Source: Bacillales bacterium UBA4951
GTDB lineage: Bacteria; Bacillota_I; Bacilli_A; RFN20; CAG-826
Reading direction: 5' to 3'
DNA: 50,827 nucleotides
Assembly (NCBI GenBank): GCA_002397465.1
Contig: DHAP01000051.1
Location: 50,545-101,371 of the forward strand
Made by a program: the position numbers and the translations under genes. Shown in pieces: positions 18,112 through 28,781 of the stretch (position 1 is its first letter; every line of letters begins with the position of its first letter). The notes beneath the pieces were generated by a model. The model had not been told where the DNA came from. It made no database searches and saw nothing but the letters and a program-made list of their open reading frames with translations.

Positions 18112-20832
18112 ATGGCTTTGAAAGACACGTTGCTGATGCCGAAGACCGGTTTTGAGATGAGAGGTAACCTCAACAAGAAAGAACCTCTTTTCATCGAGAG
18201 ATGGGATTCGGAGAAACTCTACGAGAAGATGAATGAAAACCGCGCTGGATGTGAGGAATACCTTCTTCATGATGGTCCTCCATACGCCAACGGAGACATT
18301 CATTGCGGCCATATGCTCAACCGTCTTTTGAAGGATTTCACGATCCGTTACAAGAACATGTGCGGTTTCAAAACCCCGTTCGTTTTCGGATGGGACACGC
18401 ATGGCTTGCCGATCGAAGTGAAGATGAGCAAATCCGGATTCGACAGAAAACACATGAGCGTCGCCGATTTCAGAAGCGCCTGCGAAGACTATGCGAAGAA
18501 ACAAGTCGAAAGGCAAAAAGCCCAGATCCATCGTCTGGGTTGCTTGGGCGACTACGACCATCCTTATCTCACTCTGAGCAAAGAGTTTGAGGCCAGGGAG
18601 ATTGACGTTTTCGCCGCGATGGCCCTCAAAGGGCTTATCTATAAAGGACTTAAGCCAGTCTATTGGTCGCCATCGAGCGAATCCGCGTTGGCGGAGGCCG
18701 AAGTCGAATATGCCGACGTCATCGCCAAAACGATGTATGTCTATTTCGATGTGGCCGACGGCAAAGGCCTTTTGCCAGACGACGCCAAACTCATAATCTG
18801 GACCACGACCCCATGGACCATCCCAGCCGATTTGGCCCTCACGGTCAACCCGTTATTCGAATATGGGCTTTTCCAAACCGAAAAGGGGAAGTTCGTCTTC
18901 CTCAAGTCTTTGGCTTCCTCACTTCAGGAAAAACTTCATTTCGAGAAATGCGAGTTATTGAAGAGCTTCAAGGGACAGGAGATGGAATACATCACCGTCC
19001 ATCATCCTTTATATGATAGGCTGAGCACCGTCATTTTGGCTTCATTCGTCACCGATGACAGCGGCACTGGCATCGTCCACACGGCCCCAGACCACGGCGT
19101 CGATGACTTCAACGCCTGCTTCAAATACGGAATCAAGCCGTTCTGCCCCGTCGACTCAAGGGGCTACATGCACTTGGAGGAGAACGATCCCTGCAATGGC
19201 AAGTTCTATCAGGAAGCCAATGACATCGTGATAGAAGAGTTGAAGGCCAATGGCCACATGCTCCTCGAGGAAGACATCACCCATAGCTATCCTCATGACT
19301 GGAGAACCCATAAGCCCATCATCTTCAGAGCCACCCCACAGTGGTTCTGCTCGATCGAGCCTATAAAAGAACAGCTTCTGAAGGAAATCCATGAGATCAA
19401 ATGGAACCCGAGCTGGGGCGAAGGCAAGATGGTCAACATGGTCAAAGACAGGACCGATTGGTGCATTTCGAGGCAAAGAAGCTGGGGCGTCCCGCTTCCG
19501 ATCATCTATAACGAAGACGGCAGCCCAATCATCGAAAAAGAAGTTTTCGACCATATCAGGGACATCATCGCGAGTGAAGGATCTAACGCCTGGTTCACCC
19601 GTTCTGAGAAAGAATTGCTCCCAGAAGGCTACACAAACAAGAAATCGCCGAATGGCTTGTTCAAGAAAGAGACCGACATCATGGACGTTTGGTTCGATTC
19701 CGGCTCCTCATGGAACGGCGTCCTTCGCGAGAGGGGATTAAAATACCCGGCCGACCTCTATCTAGAAGGCAACGACCAATACAGGGGATGGTTCAATTCG
19801 TCCCTCATCCTTTCGACTGCCTACCTCGGCGTCGCGCCGTTCAAGAACTGCGTCACCCATGGCTGGGTCATGGATGAGAATTGGCAAAAAATGTCCAAAT
19901 CGGCCGGAAACGGCATCGACCCCAGCAAGATCGCCAATCAATTCGGGGCTGACTTGCTCCGCTTATGGGCCGCTACCGTGAACTATGAGTCCGACGTCAG
20001 GATCTCAGAGTCCATCATCACAAGCATCAGCGACCAATACCGCAAAATCCGCAACACCTTTAAATTCATGCTTGGGAACCTCCAAGACGGCGATAAGGAG
20101 TATGTTCCGAGCGATGAGTCAAAGAACCTTTCACCGGTCGACAAATGGGTTTTGGCAGAGTTAGAAGACGTCAAGAACAAAGCCTTGAGAGACTATGATG
20201 ATTTCCATTTCTCCAGCGTCTCCATGGGCATAACGAACTTCTTGGTCGAGCTTTCGAACTTCTATCTCGACTACGCCAAAGACATCCTTTATTGCGACAA
20301 AGCCGATTCTCCAAGGAGAAAGGCCGTCCAATATGTCATTTATCAGCTGAGCTTCCAGCTTTGCTTGCTCTACAATCCGATCCTTAGCTTCACGATGGAT
20401 GAAGTCTATTCGTTCATCCCATCTCACAAACTCGCATCGCCTCAGCTTGAGGATATGCCGAAGGAAAGCCATGTTTACGGATCTGATGTCCTTTCCGAAT
20501 ACAAGGATTTCACCGCCCTTAGAGACGTGGCTTTGAAAGCCCTTGAAGACGAGAGGGCAAAAGGCAGCTTTGGTTCCAGCCAAGAGGCCGAACTTGACCT
20601 TGTCTGCGAAAAAGATGGGCTATACGGCACTTTGTCGTCTTTGGACAAAGATGAGATCGCCCGTTATTTCGGAGTCAGCAAAGTAGTCTTGGCAAAAGGC
20701 GAAAAGAACCAAGCCTCATCACACAAAGCCAGCGGAGTTTTATGTGACAGATGCCGCAACTATAGAGATGATGCTAAGATGAGCGAAGAAGGCTGCCTCT
20801 GTGAGAGATGCCGCGAGGCTTTAGGAAAGTAG
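18112..20832 (+). CDS. ileS: Isoleucine--tRNA ligase (type 1)
   Basis: LHDGPPYANGDIHCGH, GWDTHGLPIE, WCISRQR, KMSKS, C-terminal zinc finger. Confidence 0.98.
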   Translation: MALKDTLLMPKTGFEMRGNLNKKEPLFIERWDSEKLYEKMNENRAGCEEYLLHDGPPYANGDIHCGHMLNRLLKDFTIRYKNMCGFKTPFVFGWDTHGLPIEVKMSKSGFDRKHMSVADFRSACEDYAKKQVERQKAQIHRLGCLGDYDHPYLTLSKEFEAREIDVFAAMALKGLIYKGLKPVYWSPSSESALAEAEVEYADVIAKTMYVYFDVADGKGLLPDDAKLIIWTTTPWTIPADLALTVNPLFEYGLFQTEKGKFVFLKSLASSLQEKLHFEKCELLKSFKGQEMEYITVHHPLYDRLSTVILASFVTDDSGTGIVHTAPDHGVDDFNACFKYGIKPFCPVDSRGYMHLEENDPCNGKFYQEANDIVIEELKANGHMLLEEDITHSYPHDWRTHKPIIFRATPQWFCSIEPIKEQLLKEIHEIKWNPSWGEGKMVNMVKDRTDWCISRQRSWGVPLPIIYNEDGSPIIEKEVFDHIRDIIASEGSNAWFTRSEKELLPEGYTNKKSPNGLFKKETDIMDVWFDSGSSWNGVLRERGLKYPADLYLEGNDQYRGWFNSSLILSTAYLGVAPFKNCVTHGWVMDENWQKMSKSAGNGIDPSKIANQFGADLLRLWAATVNYESDVRISESIITSISDQYRKIRNTFKFMLGNLQDGDKEYVPSDESKNLSPVDKWVLAELEDVKNKALRDYDDFHFSSVSMGITNFLVELSNFYLDYAKDILYCDKADSPRRKAVQYVIYQLSFQLCLLYNPILSFTMDEVYSFIPSHKLASPQLEDMPKESHVYGSDVLSEYKDFTALRDVALKALEDERAKGSFGSSQEAELDLVCEKDGLYGTLSSLDKDEIARYFGVSKVVLAKGEKNQASSHKASGVLCDRCRNYRDDAKMSEEGCLCERCREALGK

Positions 20833-20838
20833 GTTATC

Positions 20839-21522
20839 ATGAGCGAAGAAGCGAAGCAGAACAACGTCCAGGACGCTCAAAAGCCCGATAACGAGGCTCT
20901 TGAAACGCCAGTGGAAGCCAAAAAGGAAGACGAAAAAAAGAAAGAGCCAAAATCCGTTTGGACCTGGAAGTCGTTTTTCCATAGTTTCATATGGATGGCC
21001 ATTCTTTTATTCGCCATTGACCTCATCAGCAAATGGGTTGTCCAGCTGAATTATTCGTCTTGGAACCCGACCTCTAAAGGGGTCGCGATCATCCCAAACT
21101 TCTTTTACCTATATTTGACCCACAATACCAAGGCCGCGTTCGGAGATTGGATGGGCTTAGGCGATGATGTGGTGTGGGTAAGGGTCGTCCTCATCGTCAT
21201 CTCATGGGTTATGAGCGTCCTGATCGGCTATTATTGGTATAAACACCTCAACAAGAAAGACCATTTGGTCGATTCTATCTTCGCCCTTTGCTTTGCTGGG
21301 GCCTTAGGGAATGCGATCGATAGGACATTCTATTGGAAAGGGATAGCTGGCTTCGATGGCGTCATCGACTTCTTCGCCTTCTATATTTATGGACCTGATA
21401 AGTCACCGTTCGCCATTTTCAACGTGGCTGATTCCTGCCTTGTGGTAGGGGTCATCATGGCGGTTGTCGTGATGATCGTGAGAGAGATCAAAGCAGGGGA
21501 GAAAGGGATGGATAAAAAGTGA
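20839..21522 (+). CDS. lspA: Lipoprotein signal peptidase II
   Basis: DLISK, HNTKAAFG, GALGNAIDR, VIDF, IFNVADS; ileS-lspA-rluD synteny. Confidence 0.92.
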   Translation: MSEEAKQNNVQDAQKPDNEALETPVEAKKEDEKKKEPKSVWTWKSFFHSFIWMAILLFAIDLISKWVVQLNYSSWNPTSKGVAIIPNFFYLYLTHNTKAAFGDWMGLGDDVVWVRVVLIVISWVMSVLIGYYWYKHLNKKDHLVDSIFALCFAGALGNAIDRTFYWKGIAGFDGVIDFFAFYIYGPDKSPFAIFNVADSCLVVGVIMAVVVMIVREIKAGEKGMDKK

Positions 21523-22442
21523 TGGAAAAAGAAGAGAACAACAAAATCATCGTCGATGAGATATTAGAAAAACACCGCCTTGATGAGGCTCTCTTTTCTT
21601 TGGGCGTAGCCCTCTCCAGAAGCAAGGTCCAATCGCTGATTAAAAATGGGAAGGTTCTTGTAAATGGAAAACAGGAAAAGTCCCATTATTGCTTAAGAAT
21701 TGGTGATGTTGTTGAATACCAAGAATATACTGAAAAACCACTAGATATAGTTGGAGAGGATATCCCTCTTAACATCGTCTACGAGGATGATGACATCCTC
21801 GTCATCAATAAGCCCGCCGGCTTAGTTGTCCACCCTGGGAACGGACATTATTCCGGAACCCTTGTCAACGCTCTTGTCTATCACGAAGAGAAGCTCGCCC
21901 ATGAAGACGATTTGGTTCGTCCGGGGCTCGTTCATCGAATCGACAAGGACACTTCTGGCTTATTATGCATAGCCAAAACCGATTTTGCTTTTGACGGCCT
22001 TTCAAAACAGCTTAGGGACCATTCGATGCACCGCGAATACTACGCCTTGGTCAAAGGGACCATATACGAGGACGAAGGGAAGATCGACGCTCCGATTGGA
22101 AGGGACGTTATCCATCCGACTCGTTTTGCGATTGACCTGAACCATGGCCGCGAAGCCGTCACGTTCTTTCATGTCGAAAAACGCTACAAGGAGCCATACA
22201 CCTTCATTTCATGCCGCCTATTGACCGGAAGGACCCATCAAATCAGGGTCCACATGAATTACATCGGCCATCCAATCATCGGAGATCCGCTTTATGGAAG
22301 CGGAAATCGCAAACTCTATAACAAAGGGCAGCTTCTTCACGCCTATCGGTTGACCTTCGTTCATCCAAGGACTCAAAAAGAGGTCTCTTTCGAGGCCCCG
22401 TTGCCGCAATACTTCCAAGACGTCCTCGCTTCGATAAACTAA
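21522..22442 (+). CDS. rluD: RluA/RluD family pseudouridine synthase
   Basis: S4 domain, NKPAGLVVHP, VHRIDKDTSG, GRTHQIRVH, GDPLYG. Confidence 0.93.
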   Translation: MEKEENNKIIVDEILEKHRLDEALFSLGVALSRSKVQSLIKNGKVLVNGKQEKSHYCLRIGDVVEYQEYTEKPLDIVGEDIPLNIVYEDDDILVINKPAGLVVHPGNGHYSGTLVNALVYHEEKLAHEDDLVRPGLVHRIDKDTSGLLCIAKTDFAFDGLSKQLRDHSMHREYYALVKGTIYEDEGKIDAPIGRDVIHPTRFAIDLNHGREAVTFFHVEKRYKEPYTFISCRLLTGRTHQIRVHMNYIGHPIIGDPLYGSGNRKLYNKGQLLHAYRLTFVHPRTQKEVSFEAPLPQYFQDVLASIN

Positions 22443-23371
22443 TCAAGCTTCTTATAATTGGCAAAGTTCTTTTTGACGATTTTGTCGAGTTCGTCTTTGC
22501 CGTATTTTTCGACAAACTCTTTGGCAAACGAATTAACGTCCTCTCCGGCCCCGAAAGGAATATCCATCTGATATTTCTTCGATAAGTCCGCCATTTTTCT
22601 TAAAAACGAATAACGGGCGATGACACTGGCAAGAGCTACCGAAGGAAAACATGATTCGCCTTTGGTGTGGAAGACGACGTTCCTGACGACTTCCTTTTCT
22701 TTTTTTAGGTAAGAGAAATATAAGCCAGGTTCGGCGAATTGGTCCTGATAGATATAAGGGGTTTTGTGTTTTTTCAGAAGATTGAGATAGCAGGCGTTAT
22801 GCATTTTGGCCTTGATCGCGTTCATGTTGAACTCATCATGGATCTCGTTGTATTTTTCGTTAGGAAGCGAAAGCTGGGAGTAGGGGAACTCTTTGATGAG
22901 GGCGGCTCCGATTGAAAGGATATACTTATCGTCCATCTTCTTGCTGTCGGTGATGCCCAACTCATCAAGCCTTGATAGATCTTTGCTTTCGAGGAAAGAG
23001 GCACATACGCAGATGGGGCCAAAGAAGTCCCCGGTTCCGACTTCGTCAGATCCTATTTGTGGATACGAATTACGGATTTCGTCCATCATATGTGGTTTTT
23101 TGACCGTTGGTTTTGCCATTGGCTTTGACATATTGGCGGCGTCTTTGTCCCACATCAAAGCCTCTTGAATGGCATTGATGCCTTGAAAGACCACTTTGGA
23201 ATGACCCTTGCCATTCGCTTTGAAAATCGTCACGACGACTCCTTCGCCCTTAGCAAAAATATCGACATAGGGATTAGGGTTCTCTTCTTTGAATTCCGAA
23301 TAGAACTCTTTCATTTTCGAAATGGTTTCAGGCGAAGGCTCAAAGCTGTATATCGGCAAGACGTTTTTCAT
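22439..23371 (-). CDS. rnhC: Ribonuclease HIII
   Basis: N-terminal TBP-like KVVFQG, IGSDEVGTGDFFGP, DSKK, DQF, VALASVIAR; probable start ATG 23371. Confidence 0.93.
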   Translation of the reverse strand: MKNVLPIYSFEPSPETISKMKEFYSEFKEENPNPYVDIFAKGEGVVVTIFKANGKGHSKVVFQGINAIQEALMWDKDAANMSKPMAKPTVKKPHMMDEIRNSYPQIGSDEVGTGDFFGPICVCASFLESKDLSRLDELGITDSKKMDDKYILSIGAALIKEFPYSQLSLPNEKYNEIHDEFNMNAIKAKMHNACYLNLLKKHKTPYIYQDQFAEPGLYFSYLKKEKEVVRNVVFHTKGESCFPSVALASVIARYSFLRKMADLSKKYQMDIPFGAGEDVNSFAKEFVEKYGKDELDKIVKKNFANYKKLD

Positions 23372-23390
23372 ATGTTTACTATTATCAATG

Positions 23391-23810
23391 TTAAAGATAC
23401 TCGATGGTAGGAATATCATCTTCCGGATGTTTGCGTTTCTTCCTTTTCTTCTCAGTCAACAGATAGCTACGGTCGACAAGTTTTTTGACTTTTCGAATGT
23501 CGAGTCCCTCTATGAGATAAACGCTTATCCATAGTCTGTGATTCATATGATATGCCGGGAAAAAGTAGTGGCCGTCGATTAAACCGTCGATTTCATTCGG
23601 CGAAAGCTTGAGGTTTAGCAAATCGGCATGGCCTTCATTTCCGAACCCAAGGCTCTTCTTGGAAACGAGCATGAAAAGCGCGAACCATTTCCGATTATTC
23701 TCGTGGCGGAAGACGCCATCATCGATATCATCCGAAAACGGAGTGTCGTAGACGGCTCCTTCTTTTCTTGAGCAATAATCCTCAAGGGTTTTTCTGATCT
23801 CGTTTTTCAT
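23391..23810 (-). CDS. MmcQ/YjbR family protein
   Basis: VFRHENNRKWFAL, NLKL, FPAYHMNHRLWISV, VDRSYLLT. Confidence 0.88.
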   Translation of the reverse strand: MKNEIRKTLEDYCSRKEGAVYDTPFSDDIDDGVFRHENNRKWFALFMLVSKKSLGFGNEGHADLLNLKLSPNEIDGLIDGHYFFPAYHMNHRLWISVYLIEGLDIRKVKKLVDRSYLLTEKKRKKRKHPEDDIPTIEYL

Positions 23811-23912
23811 CAAGTGGATTATCCTTCAAAAATCGTTGATATGATAGGCCGTTTCTCATATTTGCTCGCATATCTGTTCAAGGCGTAGCCTTCTAGGTGA
23901 TATAATCACGCC

Positions 23913-26228
23913 GTGCAAAACATTTACGAGAAATTTGAATTCAACAGAATCAGCGGCGAGATCGCTTCTTACGCCAGGACCGAAGTCGGAAAGGCCAAAG
24001 CTCTTGAGCTTAAGGCTTTCACTGATGTCGACGCCTTAAAAAACGAATTGGCCAAACTCGAAGAAATGTCGTTTTTGCTTGCGAGATTTGGAAGAATCCC
24101 CATCGAGGTCAGCAGCGATTTGGAAAAGTCGGTGGCCCTTGCAAGAAAAGGCGGCGTTCTTTCAATCGAAGAATTGGAGAGGGCGGCGAATGACGTCATT
24201 CAACAAAAGCACGTTATTTCATATTTCGCCCAAATAAGTGATTCTCCTTTGCTGATCGAATATTCTTCTCATTTTCCTCATTTGGATTTCCTTGAGAAAG
24301 ACATCCATAAGATAATCGCCCCGGATATGTCGATTTTCGACAACGCCTCGCCAAAGCTCAAAAGCGTCCGCGTTGGCATCGTAAGACTTGAAAACGAGAT
24401 GAAGAAGAAACTTGGCTATGTCCTTGATTCCAACAAGGTCTATCTAAGCGATACCACCCTGACGATCAAGAACGGGCATTACGTCTTGCCGGTCGCCAAT
24501 GCATATAAGAACAAAGTCAAAGGCATCGTCCAAGATGTCTCCAATAGTGGCGAGACCACATTCATCGAGCCCGAAGTCCTCGTCGAGATGAACAACAAAA
24601 TGGTCGAGCTCCGCAACGACGAAAGGGAAGAAATTCATCGTCTTCTCGGAGTTTTGTCCAGTGAGATCGCCTCAAATGGCGATTCGGTCTTGCTGAATAA
24701 CTCAATGATCGGATATCTTGATTTCCTTCAGTCCAAAGCCCTTTATGGCGAAAAGACCAAATCGCACGTAGCCACCATAAGCAACGATCCGATCGTCGAC
24801 TTGACCTTAGCCCGCCATCCTCTGATTGATCCGGCGAAAGTGGTCGCAAACGATTTCAAGTTGGACGAGAAGACGAGTTTGGTCGTCATCTCTGGGCCTA
24901 ACGCCGGCGGCAAGACCGTGGCCTTGAAGACTCTTGGCCTTTTGGTTTTGATGAATCAGTGCGGATTGGCCATCCCAGCCGAAGAAGGGGCCACCTTAAG
25001 CTATTTCAAGCACATATACGTCGACATTGGCGATTCTCAGTCACTGAGCGACAACCTTTCGACATTCTCGGGGCACATGCAGAACATCTCGGAGATCCTC
25101 TCTTCCGTCGGAGGGAAGGATTTGGTGCTTCTTGACGAAGTCGGGACCGGAACCTCTCCAAAAGAAGGCGAAGCCATCGCCTTTGCCGTCATTTCTTATC
25201 TTTTAAGAAAACACGCCCTCACGATGGTTTCATCGCATTTCGAGGGGCTTAAGGCCTACGCGTTGTCTCATGAGGAAATCGTGAACGCATCAATGGTTTT
25301 CGATGAAAAGAAACTGCTTCCGACCTATAAGCTGAAGATGGGTCTTCCTGGAGAATCCTATGGTTTGGTCGTGGCCAAACGCTTTGGGTTGCCGGATGAG
25401 GTCCTTAACACTGCCGAAGGCTATCTTTCGCAGCATGAGGAGGCCAGCGTCAGCGAAGCCATCAAACGTCTGGGGCAGGTCACCAAAGAGACCGAGGAAG
25501 AAAAAGCCAAGGTCAAGGCGAAAGAGGACGAACTTCTGAAACGCGAGAAGAGCCTCGACAGCGAGAAAGCCGCCCTTCAGTTACGACAGGAACATTATCT
25601 TTCTGACGTCGAAGAGAAGAAAAACGAGCTTTTAAGGGGCTACGAGGAAAAGATGGATGACATCCTTCACTCGGTCACGAGGAGCGACGTCAAGCTTCAT
25701 GAGGTCATATCAGCGAAAAAGAAACTTGATGACCTTCAGGAAAAAGCCAAAGAAGAGCATTTCAACGAGCCGATAAAAGTCGGCGATTACGTGAATATCC
25801 CGTCTTTATATTCCTCGGGCCGCGTCCAAAGCATCGATGGTAGCAAAGTAATAGTCGTCAGCAAGGAAGGCCTCTCTTTCAAGACCAAAGCCGACAAACT
25901 GGTCCGCGTAGAAGAACCGAAAAAAGACAATGCCGCTCCTCTTTCAGGCTTAAAGGTCGATGAGATGGCCTTCAAGAAGAGCGTTCCTCTTGAACTCAAT
26001 TTGATTGGACAGCACATCGATGAGGCCTCTTTCAACCTCGACAAGTATCTCGACGAATGCCGGCTCAAGCATTTCAAGCGCGTGAGGATCATCCATGGCT
26101 GGGGCAGCGGAGCTTTAAGAAACCTCGTCCGTGATTATTGCGATTCTCATAAGGATTTCATCGCCTCTTATGAAGGGGCTGACGGAAGCGAAGGGGGCGG
26201 TGGCGCCACAATCGTCCACCTCAAGTGA
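23913..26228 (+). CDS. mutS2: Endonuclease MutS2 / ribosome collision factor
   Basis: ISGPNAGGKTV, DIGDSQS..LSTFSGHM, LLDEVGTGT, C-terminal Smr domain IIHGWGSG. Confidence 0.96.
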   Translation: MQNIYEKFEFNRISGEIASYARTEVGKAKALELKAFTDVDALKNELAKLEEMSFLLARFGRIPIEVSSDLEKSVALARKGGVLSIEELERAANDVIQQKHVISYFAQISDSPLLIEYSSHFPHLDFLEKDIHKIIAPDMSIFDNASPKLKSVRVGIVRLENEMKKKLGYVLDSNKVYLSDTTLTIKNGHYVLPVANAYKNKVKGIVQDVSNSGETTFIEPEVLVEMNNKMVELRNDEREEIHRLLGVLSSEIASNGDSVLLNNSMIGYLDFLQSKALYGEKTKSHVATISNDPIVDLTLARHPLIDPAKVVANDFKLDEKTSLVVISGPNAGGKTVALKTLGLLVLMNQCGLAIPAEEGATLSYFKHIYVDIGDSQSLSDNLSTFSGHMQNISEILSSVGGKDLVLLDEVGTGTSPKEGEAIAFAVISYLLRKHALTMVSSHFEGLKAYALSHEEIVNASMVFDEKKLLPTYKLKMGLPGESYGLVVAKRFGLPDEVLNTAEGYLSQHEEASVSEAIKRLGQVTKETEEEKAKVKAKEDELLKREKSLDSEKAALQLRQEHYLSDVEEKKNELLRGYEEKMDDILHSVTRSDVKLHEVISAKKKLDDLQEKAKEEHFNEPIKVGDYVNIPSLYSSGRVQSIDGSKVIVVSKEGLSFKTKADKLVRVEEPKKDNAAPLSGLKVDEMAFKKSVPLELNLIGQHIDEASFNLDKYLDECRLKHFKRVRIIHGWGSGALRNLVRDYCDSHKDFIASYEGADGSEGGGGATIVHLK

Positions 26229-27994
26229 TGGAACTGAGCGAGAAGCTAAAACGACAAATCGCCCTTTTGCCAGACAAGCCGGGCGTTTATCAGATGAAAG
26301 ACGCCGATGACAGGATAATCTACATCGGCAAAGCCAAAAACCTCAAAAAACGGGTATCCCAGTATTTTCTCAGACCCCAAAGCGGAAAAGTCCTCGCGAT
26401 GGTCAGTCACGTCGACCATTTCGATTTCATCATCGTCCACAGCGACAAAGAAGCTTTCATCCTCGAGATGAACATGATCCAAACCCATTATCCCAGGTAC
26501 AACATCATGCTGATGGACGACAGCCACTATCCTTACATCGCCCTAAAGCGGGACGACGCTTTCTTAAAAATAACCAGGGACAACAAGGACAGAAGATATT
26601 TTTATTTTGGCCCGTTCCCGAATTCTGGCGATGCCTATAAGACGATTGACATCATCAATAGCCTCTATCCGACCAGGAAGTGTCGAAACATCCCCAAAAA
26701 AGCCTGTCTTTACTATCATTTAGGCCAGTGTTTAGGGCCTTGCATCAACAAAATAGAGCCAGCCGAGTATCAAAAGATGTACGACGGCATCAAGCTTTTC
26801 CTTGACGGCGGAGTAGACAATGTCCGCAAGATGCTCAAAGAAAAAATGGAGGCAGCCTCAGATGAAGAACGCTACGAGGACGCCGGCCATTACAAAGGAC
26901 TTCTAGATGCCCTAGAGAAAACGATCAGCAAGCAAAGCGTCGAATTAAATGGCGACAAAACCGACCGCGATGTCTTCGCTTACGCCGAAAGGGACGGTTA
27001 TGTCTCTTTGTCGATACTGACCTACCGCCATGGGCTTTTGCTAGGAAAGAAAGTGCAAGTCGTGCCTAGTTTCTTAGATGCCGAAAGCCAAGTGAGCGAA
27101 CTCATCGAATCCTATTACCGGACAAACTCATTGCCTGACGAGATCCTTTGCAACGTCAAAGGGTTCAAGGAGGAATTCCTTTCCGTCTATCCGGAAGCCA
27201 AAGTCGGGACTCCGAAAGAAGGCCGTCTATTGGCGATGATCGACATGGCCGCCTTGAATGCCAGACAGGGCCTTGACTCCCATTTCATGTCCGCCCGCCT
27301 CGATGACGACAATCTCGCCTTGCTTGAGGAGCTTGGAAAGCTGCTTGAGATAAAAACTCCTTACAGAATCGAGCTTTTTGATAACTCCCATCTTCAGGGT
27401 TCTTCGCCAGTGGGGGCCATGGTTTGCTACATAAACGGCGAACCGGCCAAAGGGATGTACAGAAAATTCCATCTCTCTAACGAAGACGCCGGAGATGACT
27501 ACCATTCAATGAAAGAAGTCACTTACAGGCGTTATTCAAGGCTTAAAAAAGAGGGCCTATCCTATCCAGACTTGATTTTGGTTGATGGTGGCTTGCCACA
27601 GGTCCACGCCTGCGAAGAGGCCCTTAAAGAGGCCGATGTCGATATAGCGGTCTATGGTCTTTATAAAAACGACAAGCATCAAACCGAAGGCATCATCGAC
27701 AAAAACGAGAGAACTTGTCCCTTAGACAACAAATCGCCTCTCTTCTTTTTGCTCATGAGGATGCAGGATGAAGTCCATCGCTTTGCCATATCTTTTCATA
27801 AACAGGAAAGAAGCAAAGCCATGTCCAAGAGCCTTTTTGACGATGTGGCTGGCATCGGCCCGAAAAGAAAAGAGACACTCCGGAAACACTATCCAACCAT
27901 CGAGAGCCTCAAAAACGCCACGGAAGAGGAATTAAGACAGATTCTTCCGGAGGAGACGGCCTCGCTTTTGTTTCAGCAAATCAAGAGATTGTGA
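26225..27994 (+). CDS. uvrC: Excinuclease ABC subunit C
   Basis: GIY-YIG (PGVYQM..IYIGKAKNL), RIELFDNSH, LVDGG, QDEVHRFAI, HhH. Confidence 0.97.
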   Translation: MMELSEKLKRQIALLPDKPGVYQMKDADDRIIYIGKAKNLKKRVSQYFLRPQSGKVLAMVSHVDHFDFIIVHSDKEAFILEMNMIQTHYPRYNIMLMDDSHYPYIALKRDDAFLKITRDNKDRRYFYFGPFPNSGDAYKTIDIINSLYPTRKCRNIPKKACLYYHLGQCLGPCINKIEPAEYQKMYDGIKLFLDGGVDNVRKMLKEKMEAASDEERYEDAGHYKGLLDALEKTISKQSVELNGDKTDRDVFAYAERDGYVSLSILTYRHGLLLGKKVQVVPSFLDAESQVSELIESYYRTNSLPDEILCNVKGFKEEFLSVYPEAKVGTPKEGRLLAMIDMAALNARQGLDSHFMSARLDDDNLALLEELGKLLEIKTPYRIELFDNSHLQGSSPVGAMVCYINGEPAKGMYRKFHLSNEDAGDDYHSMKEVTYRRYSRLKKEGLSYPDLILVDGGLPQVHACEEALKEADVDIAVYGLYKNDKHQTEGIIDKNERTCPLDNKSPLFFLLMRMQDEVHRFAISFHKQERSKAMSKSLFDDVAGIGPKRKETLRKHYPTIESLKNATEEELRQILPEETASLLFQQIKRL

Positions 27995-28047
27995 GCCTTG
28001 CCCTTCCTACGGAAGATGAGTATAGTATTTAAGCGCAAAAGCGAAAT

Positions 28048-28124
28048 GTGCCCGTAGCTCAGCTGGATAGAGCAACAGCCTTCTAAGCTGTGGGTCAGGC
28101 GTTCGAATCGCCTCGGGCGCGCCA
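28048..28124 (+). tRNA. tRNA-Arg (anticodon TCT)
   Basis: Cloverleaf GTGCCCG..CGGGCGC-G-CCA, anticodon TCT at 28082-84, TTCGAAT T-loop; promoter TTGCCC-17-TATAGT; hairpin terminator at 28135-28160. Confidence 0.98.
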
Positions 28125-28254
28125 AACGCGAATGAACACCAACGGAAGCTGGTGTTTTTCTTTACTTAAGGAAGATGACTATTCAATTGAAGAACTCTCA
28201 AGGCTCCAATGAGATGAGCGAAGCAAGTATAATCATCAATAGGAGAATGAAATC

Positions 28255-28737
28255 ATGCCAATCGATTACATACCTTATCTAAGAAAGATGGTCGGTCATT
28301 CAAGAGTCCTGACGGTAGGCCTTTGTGCCTTGATAGTGGATGAAAAAGGGCGGATTCTCCTTGAGAAAAGGAGAGACAACGGCCTTTATTGCCTTCCTGG
28401 AGGATCGTTGGATCTCGATGAAAAGCTGCTAGATGGCTTAAAGAGGGAAATCCTTGAGGAAACAGGAATCAAGATCGAAGAGGCCAAGCTATTGATGATT
28501 AGCAGCGGGCCATCCACAAGACTCGTCTATCCAAATGGCGATGTTACCGAATACGTTGATTTCGCTTATCTTTGCCACGTGAATGGGGATGTTCACATGA
28601 ACGAGCATGATGATGAAAGCGTAGAGGTGTTTTTCGCTGAAATTAAGGATCTCCCGAATGATGAACAGCTTTTGCGTGGCACAAGAAAAATCATCGATAA
28701 GTATCTGAGCGGGGATCTATCTTTGAGCATCGACTGA
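28255..28737 (+). CDS. NUDIX hydrolase
   Basis: Nudix box GGSLDLDEKLLDGLKREILEETGI; DYIPYLRKMVG N-terminus and YPNGD motif. Confidence 0.92.
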   Translation: MPIDYIPYLRKMVGHSRVLTVGLCALIVDEKGRILLEKRRDNGLYCLPGGSLDLDEKLLDGLKREILEETGIKIEEAKLLMISSGPSTRLVYPNGDVTEYVDFAYLCHVNGDVHMNEHDDESVEVFFAEIKDLPNDEQLLRGTRKIIDKYLSGDLSLSID

Positions 28738-28781
28738 GCGTTAAAGAAGAAAGTTTATCGATGAGGTGGTAGCGTTTACTC

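Noticed and set aside
17977-18561. Antisense ORFs over the ileS leader
   Set aside because: Region is explained by the T-box and the ileS 5' end.
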